Shown one piece after another: positions 29,506-39,197 of a stretch of 64,000 bases of DNA; within the stretch, counting starts at the first letter, position 1; the number at the start of each line of letters is the position of its first letter. Made by a program: the position numbers and the translations under genes. The notes beneath the pieces were generated by a model. That model saw only the letters and a list, made by a program, of their open reading frames with translations. It ran no database searches and was not told the DNA's origin. Source of the stretch: Roseibacillus sp. (lineage in GTDB: Bacteria > Verrucomicrobiota > Verrucomicrobiia > Verrucomicrobiales > Akkermansiaceae); NCBI GenBank assembly GCA_051251855.1, contig JBPOGI010000001.1, positions 1,536,001 through 1,600,000 of the forward strand. The letters are read 5' to 3'.

Positions 29506-30669
29506 TTATTCAAGCGAATCCGCATAAACTGCGCGAACCAGTCCCAGACCCCTTTCACCCGGAAAAAGCCCCAGCTCCATCTGGTTCATGGTGTAGGCAA
29601 AAGAAAGCCCCGTCACCGGATCACAAAAGGCATGGCTTCCCCCCGCGCCCGGATGACCGAATGCCTCTGGGTTGGGACCAAAAAGCTGGCGCAACTTTTG
29701 TCCATCGTTCCCCACAGGATCGAACATCATTCCAGCTCCAAAAGATGTTTCCAACTGCAACACTTGGTCTGGCCCTTGCAATAAACGCTCCCTCAAAATC
29801 TCTCGTATCTCAAGAGGAAGAACCTCCTGCTCAGTCTCCCCCAGCACAGCCTGATAAAAGTGTGCTAAGGCCTGGGCTGTCCCCACTCCGCCAAAGGCCG
29901 GATATCCGCCCGCCCATGCCGCGGAATCATTCATCTCACTCGCCGACTGATACCCCTTCAAAGATCCAAACGCGCGCCGCGCCAAACTCCCCTCGGTCTG
30001 CATCGCCTCGTAGAACGCCTTCTCTTCCTTCCGAATCACATAACGTCCCGGATATAATGTCGCAACCCGATCAAACTCTTCCTGGGGTAAACCAATCCAA
30101 AAATCCAGTCCCAGCGGTTCCGCAATCCACGTCCGCCAGCATTCCCCCAGTCGCCTCTCCAACAAACGTTCACAAAGCTCATCCAACAGGAATCCAATCG
30201 AACGTGCGTGATAGCCGTGCTCCATCCCCGGCTCCCAAAATGGTTCCGTCGCCACCAAAGCACGAACCACTTCTTTCCGCTCTGCAACATCGACCACTCC
30301 AGCCACCCCTGGCAAACCTGCTCGATGCGACAGCAACTCCACAAAAGTGAGATCCCCCACTTTCAATTCAGGCCAAACCCGCCGCACCAGGTCATCTGAC
30401 GTCAGCCCAGCCTCTCGCAGCACCAGCAGGAACGTCGCCGCCGCTAGCCCCTTGGACACGGAATAGACCGGTACTAAAGTATCCTTGGTCCAAGGACGCA
30501 CCTCATCCCTCTCACACCACCCTCGCGAAAAACTCGCCACTTCACGCCCGTTCTGCCAGACCGAAACCGAAGCCCCCATCTCACCTCGCTCGGTAAAATT
30601 ACGGTCAAAAGCTTCTTTTAAACGCGCGCTCAACATACCTTCGGAATACTCCCCGCCTCCACGTTCCAC
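29506..30669 (-). CDS. Serine hydrolase, beta-lactamase class C/esterase (EstB-like) family
   Basis: SxxK (YSVSK), LLSHRAGL, GYH and FGHPGAGGS motifs; start may be ATG 30636. Confidence 0.88.
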   Translation of the reverse strand: MERGGGEYSEGMLSARLKEAFDRNFTERGEMGASVSVWQNGREVASFSRGWCERDEVRPWTKDTLVPVYSVSKGLAAATFLLVLREAGLTSDDLVRRVWPELKVGDLTFVELLSHRAGLPGVAGVVDVAERKEVVRALVATEPFWEPGMEHGYHARSIGFLLDELCERLLERRLGECWRTWIAEPLGLDFWIGLPQEEFDRVATLYPGRYVIRKEEKAFYEAMQTEGSLARRAFGSLKGYQSASEMNDSAAWAGGYPAFGGVGTAQALAHFYQAVLGETEQEVLPLEIREILRERLLQGPDQVLQLETSFGAGMMFDPVGNDGQKLRQLFGPNPEAFGHPGAGGSHAFCDPVTGLSFAYTMNQMELGLFPGERGLGLVRAVYADSLE

Positions 30670-30814
30670 AAAGGGAAAAGAGCGACAGGCGACAGGTTTC
30701 TAGAATCTGGGCAAATCTCAACCAGCTTCGCAAGCTTCCCAGTCAATTCCTTGGAGCACTATTCTGTCCCATAAAAGTCTGGTCTCCCGATTCTGGATTC
30801 GGGACTCTCTTTCT

Positions 30815-31501
30815 ATGCCCACCGTTCTGCTCATCGAAGACGAGCCCGCAATCGCGGACACCATCCTCTACGCCCTGAGAACCGAAGGCTTCGATACCCA
30901 CTATGCCCAGACCGGACTCGACGGCATCGAGTGGCTTCAGCAGAACCCCTGCGATTTTCTCGTTCTCGACATCGGTCTACCCGATATTCTCGGCTTTGAC
31001 GTCTGTCGCCAGGTGCGCGAGTTCTCGCAAGTCCCCGTCCTTTTCCTCACCGCCCGCGCCTCCGAAATCGACCAAGTCCTCGGTCTTGAGCTCGGAGCCG
31101 ACGACTACGTTACAAAGCCCTTTTCCCCTCGTGCAGTCGTCGCTCGCATCCGAGCAATTCTGCGCCGGTCCAGCAGCGCCACAACCGCTCTTCAGGCTCC
31201 AGATGAACCCACAGGATTTCTCGAGCATGATGAGTCGGCAATGTCTATCCACTGCCTCGGAAAGCCTCTGAACCTAACCGCTCACGAATACAAAATCCTA
31301 GCTCTCTTTCTCCAACAACCTGGCCGCACCTTCACCCGTGATCAGATTCTCATGCAAGCTTGGGAAGACCCTGGCTCAGCGATGGACCGCACCATCGATG
31401 CTCACATCAAAACTCTCCGAGCAAAAATCCGCCAAGCCGCCCCAGACCAAGACGACCCTATCCAAACGCGTCGCGGCCTCGGCTATTGCTATGTCCATTA
31501 G
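30815..31501 (+). CDS. creB: OmpR family response regulator CreB
   Basis: EDEPAIADT, LDIGLPD, GADDYVTKPFSPR and CreB-like DRTIDAHIKTLRAK. Confidence 0.85.
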   Translation: MPTVLLIEDEPAIADTILYALRTEGFDTHYAQTGLDGIEWLQQNPCDFLVLDIGLPDILGFDVCRQVREFSQVPVLFLTARASEIDQVLGLELGADDYVTKPFSPRAVVARIRAILRRSSSATTALQAPDEPTGFLEHDESAMSIHCLGKPLNLTAHEYKILALFLQQPGRTFTRDQILMQAWEDPGSAMDRTIDAHIKTLRAKIRQAAPDQDDPIQTRRGLGYCYVH

Positions 31502-32142
31502 CTCGCGAGAGACTCCTTGAGTTCCTGAACAATCTCCGATGCATCCTCGGTCAGCTTTTCGCGCTCCCGTTCGTCCACTTTCTTATCGGACTTTGCCTTC
31601 TCCTCAGCTGTCAGAAGTGCCGACTGCTTGCGCGTAATCGTCGACCGCTTTCCTTGACTGATTTTGTCCGAGACAATTCCGAACCAGAGCAACTCTTGAG
31701 CGTCAACCTGTTGACGATTCACTTGCAGAGTGGCCGTCGCCGCATCTAACACTCCATCAGCAGCAGCCATCGCTTTGGTCCGGAGACTCTCTAACTCACT
31801 CGCAACGCTGGCAGCACCTTGCTTCTGCCCCTTGAGAACGAGTTTGATATACTCTTGCCCAAAGTCCGCAAAATCCTTGTCTGACAGCCGCTCCTCTTGA
31901 GCAGCCAAAACGAGAAACTGATAAAAATCTCGCGAAGCCCCCTCAGCACCATTCTCGCCGGGTATCTTGAGCGCACCCGACTCCAAGACCACCTTCTTCC
32001 AAGCGTCAAACTCTCCTTTGACACTCTGAAACTCTCTTTCCGCAGCCCTATCGCCTCCGCGGCCACCACCCTTGCGCTGTGCTGAAGTGGTTGTGAGACT
32101 TACCAAGAGGAGAAACGCCGTCGTTTGAAAAACCTTTTTCAT
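31498..32142 (-). CDS. Hypothetical exported, charged alpha-helical protein
   Basis: Signal peptide MKKVFQTTAFLLLVSLTTTSA; convergent stop overlap with creB. Confidence 0.7.
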   Translation of the reverse strand: MKKVFQTTAFLLLVSLTTTSAQRKGGGRGGDRAAEREFQSVKGEFDAWKKVVLESGALKIPGENGAEGASRDFYQFLVLAAQEERLSDKDFADFGQEYIKLVLKGQKQGAASVASELESLRTKAMAAADGVLDAATATLQVNRQQVDAQELLWFGIVSDKISQGKRSTITRKQSALLTAEEKAKSDKKVDEREREKLTEDASEIVQELKESLAS

Positions 32143-32266
32143 ATCTCTCACTAAAACCCATCAAGCCACCATAAGTTGCAAAAAACCAAAACAGTTCTCC
32201 CTTTCGACATGCGACAAGGAAGCCACTGTCTTTTTTTCCTGTTTCAGTCCAAACTCGCACTCTGCC

Positions 32267-33712
32267 ATGCGCTTGACCCGCCTCACCCTTATTCTCATCG
32301 CCGGGATTCTCACCCTTGGGTTCTTTCGCTTGTGCAGCTACCTCCTCGATGACCTCGAGTTCCAAACCTTTCAGGCCTCAGAGGAAGCCATGGTCGATGC
32401 TGCCCATCTTTTTGCCTCCGCAGCAGAAGCCCATCTGACAGACGGAGAGTTTTCACCTGAGCTCATTACCGCATTTACAAACACTTTTAAGAACGCTCAC
32501 CGCCGCGACTTCGAAGCCAATATCTTCGTCAAGAAGAAGACCTACGTTTCCATCGACTGCTACCTCACCGACAAAGAAGGAGTCGTCATCTTCGACTCCC
32601 TAGAAGAACGTTTGGGGCAAGACCTCTCCGTCTTTCATGACGTCCTCCTGACCAAGCAAGGCAAATACGGAGCCCGCTCCAGCCGTATCAGCGAGAATGA
32701 CGCCACCTCTTCCGTGATGTATGTCGGGGCCCCCATTCGTTATGAAGGAGAAATCATTGGCGTCGCCACCGCCTACAAGCCGCAGAAAGAACTCCTCCCC
32801 TTCGTCAACAAGCGGCGCGGCCAAATCCTCAAGCCAACCATTGCCATCGCCCTTGCCATTCTCTTTCTCATCTGGTCTGTCCTTTTCTGGCTCTATCGCC
32901 CGATTGGACGACTTGCCGAATACGCGCGCCACATCACCGCTGGGGAGCGCCCCAAATTCCCACTCTTAGGAAAAGGCCAAGAGGTCAACTCCCTTGGAAA
33001 GGCCCTCCGCGATATGCGCGAAACTCTCGAAGGTCGTTCCTACGTCGAGAACTACACTCAAACCCTTACTCACGAACTCAAGTCTCCCCTCGCGGCTATC
33101 CGGGGATCGGCCGAACTGTTAGACGAAGAGATGCCTCTGGAAGACCGTAGCCACTTCCTCTCCAATATTCGCAACGAAGTCGATCGCTCGGAACGACTCA
33201 TCAATCGGCTCCTTCACCTATCGACTTTGGAGGGAAAGACCGAACTTCAAAAGCGTGAACCCATTGACCTGAAGACACTGTTAGACGAATCAACGCGACT
33301 TCTCAGTTCCCAAGCCAACCTCAAGAACATCGAACTCAAAGTCATCACCCCTCCCAAGAAGATCGTCTTTGAGGGAGACTACTACATCCTAAGAGCAGCG
33401 CTCGAGAACCTCCTTCAGAACGCCCTCGATTTCAGCCCTGAGAACTCAGCCATCGAAGTCTACCTCGCCACCTTCGGGAAAGAAATCACCCTCTCCGTGC
33501 GCGACCATGGCCCAGGCTTCCCCCACTATGCTTTGGAAAAAGCCTTTGATCGCTTCTACTCCCACCGGCCCGAGAACTCCGGAACCAAGGGCTCCGGACT
33601 CGGCCTTACCTTCGTCAAGGAGGCAGCTCAACTCCACGGCGGCAGCGCCACTATCGAGAACAGCCCTGAGGGGGGAGCGATTGTTTCCATCCGACTCCCC
33701 CTCAACAACTAA
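32267..33712 (+). CDS. creC: Two-component sensor histidine kinase CreC
   Basis: Two TM segments; GKYGARSS, SVMYVGAPI; H-box THELKSPLAAIRGSAELL; NALDFSP; GSGLGL. Confidence 0.88.
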   Translation: MRLTRLTLILIAGILTLGFFRLCSYLLDDLEFQTFQASEEAMVDAAHLFASAAEAHLTDGEFSPELITAFTNTFKNAHRRDFEANIFVKKKTYVSIDCYLTDKEGVVIFDSLEERLGQDLSVFHDVLLTKQGKYGARSSRISENDATSSVMYVGAPIRYEGEIIGVATAYKPQKELLPFVNKRRGQILKPTIAIALAILFLIWSVLFWLYRPIGRLAEYARHITAGERPKFPLLGKGQEVNSLGKALRDMRETLEGRSYVENYTQTLTHELKSPLAAIRGSAELLDEEMPLEDRSHFLSNIRNEVDRSERLINRLLHLSTLEGKTELQKREPIDLKTLLDESTRLLSSQANLKNIELKVITPPKKIVFEGDYYILRAALENLLQNALDFSPENSAIEVYLATFGKEITLSVRDHGPGFPHYALEKAFDRFYSHRPENSGTKGSGLGLTFVKEAAQLHGGSATIENSPEGGAIVSIRLPLNN

Positions 33713-33731
33713 CCGAGCATTTGCCCCTGCC

Positions 33732-33788
33732 GGAGTGAAGGCTTCAGCCGTCATAGGATTGCCGCTGGACCACTAAAGTCGCCCCTCC
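33732..33788. repeat. Degenerate REP-like inverted doublet (GGAG class)
   Basis: GGAGTGAAGGCTTCAGCCG on plus and GGAGGGGCGACTTTAGTGG on minus, between convergent creC and pyrC. Confidence 0.4.
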
Positions 33789-35068
33789 TACCTCTCCAAC
33801 AAAACCTGTTTACCTAAAACGACCACATCAACACTCCCCTTGAGAGTCTGTCCATAGAAGGGCGTATTAACACTCTTCGACTTCATAAACTCCCGCGAGA
33901 AAGTCGTCTCTCCATTGGGGTCAAAGACCAGCACCTCCGCCGCCTTTCCTTCCTCAATAGGCACCGGCTCTAAACTCATCATGCGACGTGGCTCTGCGGA
34001 ATAAGTCTTCACGATCACATTCCAGGACAAACTGCCCTTCGATACAAAGCGGTCGTATAACGAAACCAAAGCCGTCTCCAGACCGTTCAACCCATTGGGC
34101 GCACTCACAAAGTCCTGCGACTTTTCAAACTCGGTATGCGGGGCATGATCGGTCGCAATCAAATCAAAAACACCATCCTTCAATCCCTGCAGAAGAGCCT
34201 CGTTGTCCGAAGCTAAGCGCAGCGGTGGATTCATCTTATAGTTGGTGTCGAAATCCCCAATATCCTCTTCGTTGAATAGCAAATGGTGTGGCGCCACCTC
34301 GCAGGTCACCTTCGCGCCCATTTCTTTCCACCATCGAATGGTCTCCATCCCCAGTCGGGAAGAGACGTGCTGAATGTGCACGTGAGCTCCCGCTGCGTGC
34401 GCGAGTCGAATATCGCGGTCAATAAACAACTCCTCAGCACAAGCCGGCGTGCCGTCGATTCCCAGCTCATAACTCTTCTTCCCCTGATTCATCGCCCGCG
34501 GTCCCGCCAAGGCAGGGTCTTCACAATGGCTGGCAAAGAACATTCCAAACTCCTTGGCATAGCGCATCGCCTGGAGGAGTAGATTGGAATCCGGCACCGC
34601 GTCCCCATCATCGGTCAACATCAGCACCCCCAACTCCCTCATGCCATCAATCGCCGCCAGTTCCTTGCCTTCCCGACCCTTCGTAATACATCCCGAGGTA
34701 TAGACCGGAATCCGAGAGACCGCTTTCGCCTTATCCAAGACCATCTTCACCACCGCCGCCGAATCGATGGCAGGGCTCGTATTTGGCATCATCACGATTC
34801 CGGTAATACCACCGTTAATCGCGGCCTCAGTTCCGGCTGCGATATCTTCCTTGTGGGTCTGGCCTGGCTCGCGAAAATGCACGTGAGTATCAAACATCGT
34901 CGGCATCACCACCTTACCCGAGCAATCAATCACCCGCGCTCCCTCAGGGACAGACAAGCCGACCCCAACCGCTTTTACCACCCCGTCCTCGATCCAGACG
35001 TCCCCCTTCACCAAGGGGCCCTCTTCCGCGGCAATCTCGCCTCCTTGTAAAAACAACGCTTCGCTCAT
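33788..35068 (-). CDS. pyrC: Dihydroorotase
   Basis: DTHVHFREPG, MPNT, HCED, HVS, KMNPPLR and ATDHAPH motifs. Confidence 0.92.
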   Translation of the reverse strand: MSEALFLQGGEIAAEEGPLVKGDVWIEDGVVKAVGVGLSVPEGARVIDCSGKVVMPTMFDTHVHFREPGQTHKEDIAAGTEAAINGGITGIVMMPNTSPAIDSAAVVKMVLDKAKAVSRIPVYTSGCITKGREGKELAAIDGMRELGVLMLTDDGDAVPDSNLLLQAMRYAKEFGMFFASHCEDPALAGPRAMNQGKKSYELGIDGTPACAEELFIDRDIRLAHAAGAHVHIQHVSSRLGMETIRWWKEMGAKVTCEVAPHHLLFNEEDIGDFDTNYKMNPPLRLASDNEALLQGLKDGVFDLIATDHAPHTEFEKSQDFVSAPNGLNGLETALVSLYDRFVSKGSLSWNVIVKTYSAEPRRMMSLEPVPIEEGKAAEVLVFDPNGETTFSREFMKSKSVNTPFYGQTLKGSVDVVVLGKQVLLER

Positions 35069-35334
35069 CGGCGGTATTCAAGGCCACATCGCCCTCGCAT
35101 TGAAGCCTCAATGCAAGTCATCCTCACATGTTTTCCATTTGCCAAAAATCCGCCCCACTCGGCAACCATGCCTATGGCGTGAGAGTAGTAGCTAGAACGG
35201 CACAACCAAAGCCGGTCTCACCCATGGTAGAATCAGGATCGCAGTCGCGTCAGTAGATCTCGACCAAGCCACCCACTTTCTGGGCATAGTAAACGAAGGC
35301 CTCACCAACGGGCCATCTACAAAATGACCTTCCC

Positions 35335-36573
35335 CTAGAACGTAAAGAGCGTCCCTAACTGCCTCTTCAATGCTTCGTAGCCATAATGCTTCTTCCCGAG
35401 TTCGTAATTAGTATGAGTCATTTCTCGGCGATAGTTCTCATCGGCCAAAAGCAGCTGAGTGCGCTTAACCACCTCTTGAGTGACATAACCACTCATGGCC
35501 ACGGTCTCAAAACCCTTCGGTTCGATATCCTGCACAAAGATCGAATAGCGATTTACCACCACCGGCTTTCGGAAGTAAAAGGTCTCAATCAACGCATTTC
35601 CAAAACCTTCGTAGAGACTAGGATACGTTACTAAGTCCGCATGAGGGTAAAGGTCCCACAAAGTGTAGACTTTACGACCCTTCTTATCCCGCTGGCGCTG
35701 CTCACCGATACGATCGCCCACGAGCAATAACTCCACCCCCTCATCTTTGGCCAAACGTTGGAGCATTTCCAAATACTCGAACCCCTCGTCACCAGCCTCG
35801 TGAGAAATCACCAGCTTACATCGAGGATCCTCCAATCGAGCCACCAACTGAATCGCCATCTCAATACCCTTCCTCGGAACAATGCGCGTAGGCTGAAGGA
35901 TAAAAACATCATCCTCAGCTAGTCCCAGTTCTTCCCTGACATCCGCCGAATAATCGTCGATTCCTGGCGGCTCTTTTTCAAATTGGAACACATTAGGCAC
36001 CAAAATCGAGCTCACCCCTTTGCGCCGTGCTAGTTGGTCCCCCGCCTGCCGATTGATTACGCCATGTCGTAAGTTCGGCAAGCGCGGCGGAAACGACATA
36101 TCTAAAAAGTCAGGGACTGCGTTCATCGAGAACCGATCCCTCTCCCAGTAAAAATCATGATGATGCGCCACCGCCTTCATGTTCGTCTCGGCCAAGAATT
36201 CTGTGATCGCCACCCCCAGAGGCAAGTGAACTGGAATCGTAAGCGCGTTTTCGGGCACCAAGACATCGATTTGAAATCGATTCACAAAACGCCGCAGCAT
36301 TTCCTTTAAATAGCCCGCCACATCTTGAATCCGCTCAGTCACCGTCGGATCACGCTGAGTGCAGCCCCACATCCGCTTCGCAAGCCACTGATTCTCTGGA
36401 TGTCCAAAGAAAGCCTCCGGTACGCACATCGAAACCTCTCCGGGGCGATCACTGAGACCGCTAAACCAAAAAACCTCGTGCCCCATCTCCTCGAGGACTT
36501 CCGCCCACTTCAGAGCCTCTAATGACACCCCGTCAGTGCCCGCAAACCGTGTTGAAACAAATCCCAATCTCAT
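35335..36573 (-). CDS. GT4-like glycosyltransferase resembling mannosylglucosylglycerate synthase
   Basis: GTDGVSLE..KW N-terminus, HHHDFYWER, QPTRIVPRKGIE and YPSLYEGFGN motifs; gpgS nearby; start at ATG 36573. Confidence 0.78.
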   Translation of the reverse strand: MRLGFVSTRFAGTDGVSLEALKWAEVLEEMGHEVFWFSGLSDRPGEVSMCVPEAFFGHPENQWLAKRMWGCTQRDPTVTERIQDVAGYLKEMLRRFVNRFQIDVLVPENALTIPVHLPLGVAITEFLAETNMKAVAHHHDFYWERDRFSMNAVPDFLDMSFPPRLPNLRHGVINRQAGDQLARRKGVSSILVPNVFQFEKEPPGIDDYSADVREELGLAEDDVFILQPTRIVPRKGIEMAIQLVARLEDPRCKLVISHEAGDEGFEYLEMLQRLAKDEGVELLLVGDRIGEQRQRDKKGRKVYTLWDLYPHADLVTYPSLYEGFGNALIETFYFRKPVVVNRYSIFVQDIEPKGFETVAMSGYVTQEVVKRTQLLLADENYRREMTHTNYELGKKHYGYEALKRQLGTLFTF

Positions 36574-36731
36574 CTTCTTACAGAAACGGCACGCATCATG
36601 CGTTCCACTTTTCAAAAAACCAATTCATACAACCTCTTCAACCTCAAAACCCCGCTAGTCTCAACCCTTTCTCACGGAAATAACTTTTCGCAGGCAACAT
36701 AAAAGCCGACTCTAAACTCATCCAACGACCC

Positions 36732-37880
36732 ATGCCGACACCCACCGAACTTCGCGACCAACTTCAAGCTCATCAAGAACTCATTCTCGCCAACGCTCTC
36801 ATGTTGGGCGAATTCCCTTCTCCTTCCGGCGGAGAAAAGGACCGCATCAACTTTCTTGCCGAGCGCCTTTCGTCCCTTCAAGACGTCTCCATCGACGAGC
36901 AAGGCAACCTACAGGCAATTATTCCTGGCAAGAATCCGGAGTTCAACGTTCTCATCGCCGCTCACGCCGACACCTTACTCACTCAAAAGCCGGAACAGCG
37001 CAACACCATCAATGTCGGCCCCGAAGGCATCACCGGCCCCGGCATGGCCGACAATACCGTTGGTCTTGCTGCCTTAGCTGCTATTCCTGACCTTCTGGAG
37101 CGGCTCGGAATCCAACCGGAAGCCAACATCATTCTCCTCGCCCACACCAAGTCGCAAAACAGCCACGACCTCGCCGGACTTCGCTTCTTCCTCGAAAACT
37201 TTAAGCGCCCCATCCACGCCGGCCTGGTCCTCGAAGGCATCACTCTAGGTCGCCTCAACCACAGCTGTCTCGGTATGGTGCAGGCCGACGTCATCTGTCG
37301 TGTTCATCAGGAGCCCGGCACCCGCTGGGAAGCCGCCGAGAACTCCATGATCATCATGCACCGCATCATTCGGCGCATCCTAGAAATCCCCATTCCCCAA
37401 GAGCCGCGCACCTCCGTTATCCTCGGCTCCCTGCGCGCAGGAAAGACCTTCAACCGTCCTCCTGAGCTCGCCCGCCTCAAGCTCGAGATTCGTTCCGAGG
37501 AACCCGGCAAGGCGCGAGAAATCCGCCACCAAATCGCCGATATCCTCGACGAAATCTCTTCCGAGACCGCCTCCGACTGCTCGATCACCTTCCCCGCCCT
37601 TCGAAAACCCGGTGGCATCCCCTTCAACCATCCCCTTGTCGCTGCTGCTCGCGAAGTCCAAGAGCAGCTCGGCGTCAAAACTACCACCGGACCCAGCTAC
37701 TCCGACCTATCCATCCTCATCGAGCACAACATTCCCGCCCTCACCCTCGGCCTCACCACCGCCACCAACCTCAACGAAGCCGACGAAACCGTCGCCCTCG
37801 CCCCCCTCTTCACTGGCCTGGCACAAGTCTTTGGCATCATCCAAAAAATTGACACCCTCGAACCCGTCCTCACCGTTTAG
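36732..37880 (+). CDS. M20/M25/M40 peptidase-fold protein with a degenerate metal site
   Basis: AHADT and GPGMADN present, dimerisation domain present; the EE and C-terminal His motifs appear absent. Confidence 0.75.
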   Translation: MPTPTELRDQLQAHQELILANALMLGEFPSPSGGEKDRINFLAERLSSLQDVSIDEQGNLQAIIPGKNPEFNVLIAAHADTLLTQKPEQRNTINVGPEGITGPGMADNTVGLAALAAIPDLLERLGIQPEANIILLAHTKSQNSHDLAGLRFFLENFKRPIHAGLVLEGITLGRLNHSCLGMVQADVICRVHQEPGTRWEAAENSMIIMHRIIRRILEIPIPQEPRTSVILGSLRAGKTFNRPPELARLKLEIRSEEPGKAREIRHQIADILDEISSETASDCSITFPALRKPGGIPFNHPLVAAAREVQEQLGVKTTTGPSYSDLSILIEHNIPALTLGLTTATNLNEADETVALAPLFTGLAQVFGIIQKIDTLEPVLTV

Positions 37881-37913
37881 CTGACAGCTTGCTTCAATCA
37901 GCTTCATCAAGTC

Positions 37914-38186
37914 ATGGCCACCATTGTCAAACTTCGAGACTCTCATCACCACGCTATTCTATTAGGGACGGGCTACGGCATGTATCACTCTTCACGCGGC
38001 TCAGCGCTTTTTGGCGATTGGGCCCCTTCCGTAAAGGAGGGTGAATCACATCTTGCCTGTGTCGCGGCAGCCGACGGCACGATCCTTTGGTGGCCCACCC
38101 AAGACTTCGAAGTCATTTCAATCGACGAACAAACTCCTGCCGAAATACTCGCTCCCTTTCTCAACAAAACTCCTTCCAACTCATAA
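37914..38186 (+). CDS. Small hypothetical protein
   Basis: 90-aa ORF filling the gap in an apparent operon. Confidence 0.65.
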   Translation: MATIVKLRDSHHHAILLGTGYGMYHSSRGSALFGDWAPSVKEGESHLACVAAADGTILWWPTQDFEVISIDEQTPAEILAPFLNKTPSNS

Positions 38187-38210
38187 CCCTTCACAAGTAA
38201 CACTTCTTCC

Positions 38211-39185
38211 ATGTCCTGGCTCAAATCCAATACCTACCACCACTCTGACTTTGCTGACCTCGAAGCTCTTTGCAAAAAGAAGAAAGAAAGCGGCCTCAAA
38301 ATCTCTCTCTGCATCCCCACGCTCAACGAGGAAGCCACTATCGGCAAGGTGGTTGTCATTCTCAAGAGTGAGCTCATGGATCGCTTCCCTCTCATCGACG
38401 AAATTGCCGTCATCGACTCCGGTTCCACCGACAAAACCGGTGAAGTGGCCAAGTCCTTTGGCGCCGAATTCTACTACTCAGGCGACATCATGTCCTCCAC
38501 TGGATTCAAACGTGGCAAAGGCGAAAATCTCTGGAAAGCCATTCACCAACTCAAAGGCGACATCATTGCCTACGTCGACGCCGACATCGCCAACATTCAC
38601 CCGCGCTTCGTCTACGGCCTCATTGGCCCACTGTTAGAAAAACCTGAGGTCAGCTACGTCAAAGCCTTCTACGAACGTCCTCTCGCCTTCTCACAAGGCA
38701 TTCGACCCACCGGCGGCGGCCGAGTCACAGAAATCCTCGTACGCCCTCTTTTCAGCCTCTTCTACCCAGAGCTCACCCAACTTTTCCAACCTCTCTCTGG
38801 CGAGTATGCCGTCCGACGCGAGACCCTCGAAAAAATCCCATTCCCCATCGGCTACGGGGTCGAAACCTCACACCTCCTCGACGTCTACAAAGACGACGGC
38901 ATGAAAGCCTTCGCCCAAGTCGACCTCGACCAGCGTGTTCACCGCAACCAAGACACCAATGCCCTCGGCAAAATGTCTTTCGGCATCCTCCAAAGCTTCT
39001 TGGGGCGCCTCAAAGACCACGGCAAAGTCACCGACCTCACCGAACTCTCTTCCGTCTACCGCTCACTTCAAGCCACCGGCACCGAGTATGAGCAAATCGA
39101 GAAAGAGATCCTCGAGGAAGAACGTCCTCCCATCAACACCATCCCCGAATACCTGGAAAAATTCCCGGGTGCGACCAAAGGATAA
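38211..39185 (+). CDS. gpgS: Glucosyl-3-phosphoglycerate synthase (GT81)
   Basis: PTLNEE, DSGSTD, GKGENLW, DAD, GGGRVTE, QPLSGEYA, GYGVE and RVHRNQ motifs. Confidence 0.9.
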   Translation: MSWLKSNTYHHSDFADLEALCKKKKESGLKISLCIPTLNEEATIGKVVVILKSELMDRFPLIDEIAVIDSGSTDKTGEVAKSFGAEFYYSGDIMSSTGFKRGKGENLWKAIHQLKGDIIAYVDADIANIHPRFVYGLIGPLLEKPEVSYVKAFYERPLAFSQGIRPTGGGRVTEILVRPLFSLFYPELTQLFQPLSGEYAVRRETLEKIPFPIGYGVETSHLLDVYKDDGMKAFAQVDLDQRVHRNQDTNALGKMSFGILQSFLGRLKDHGKVTDLTELSSVYRSLQATGTEYEQIEKEILEEERPPINTIPEYLEKFPGATKG

Positions 39186-39197
39186 TTTGCAGTTAGG

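Noticed and set aside
29325..30350. 341-aa plus-strand ORF
   Set aside because: Pro/Ser-rich sequence antisense to the tmRNA and the serine hydrolase.
35225..35266. SRP (4.5S) RNA-like CAGG...AGTAG motif
   Set aside because: No GNRA-capped helix 8 and the overall geometry is wrong; kept only as an unclassified structured region.
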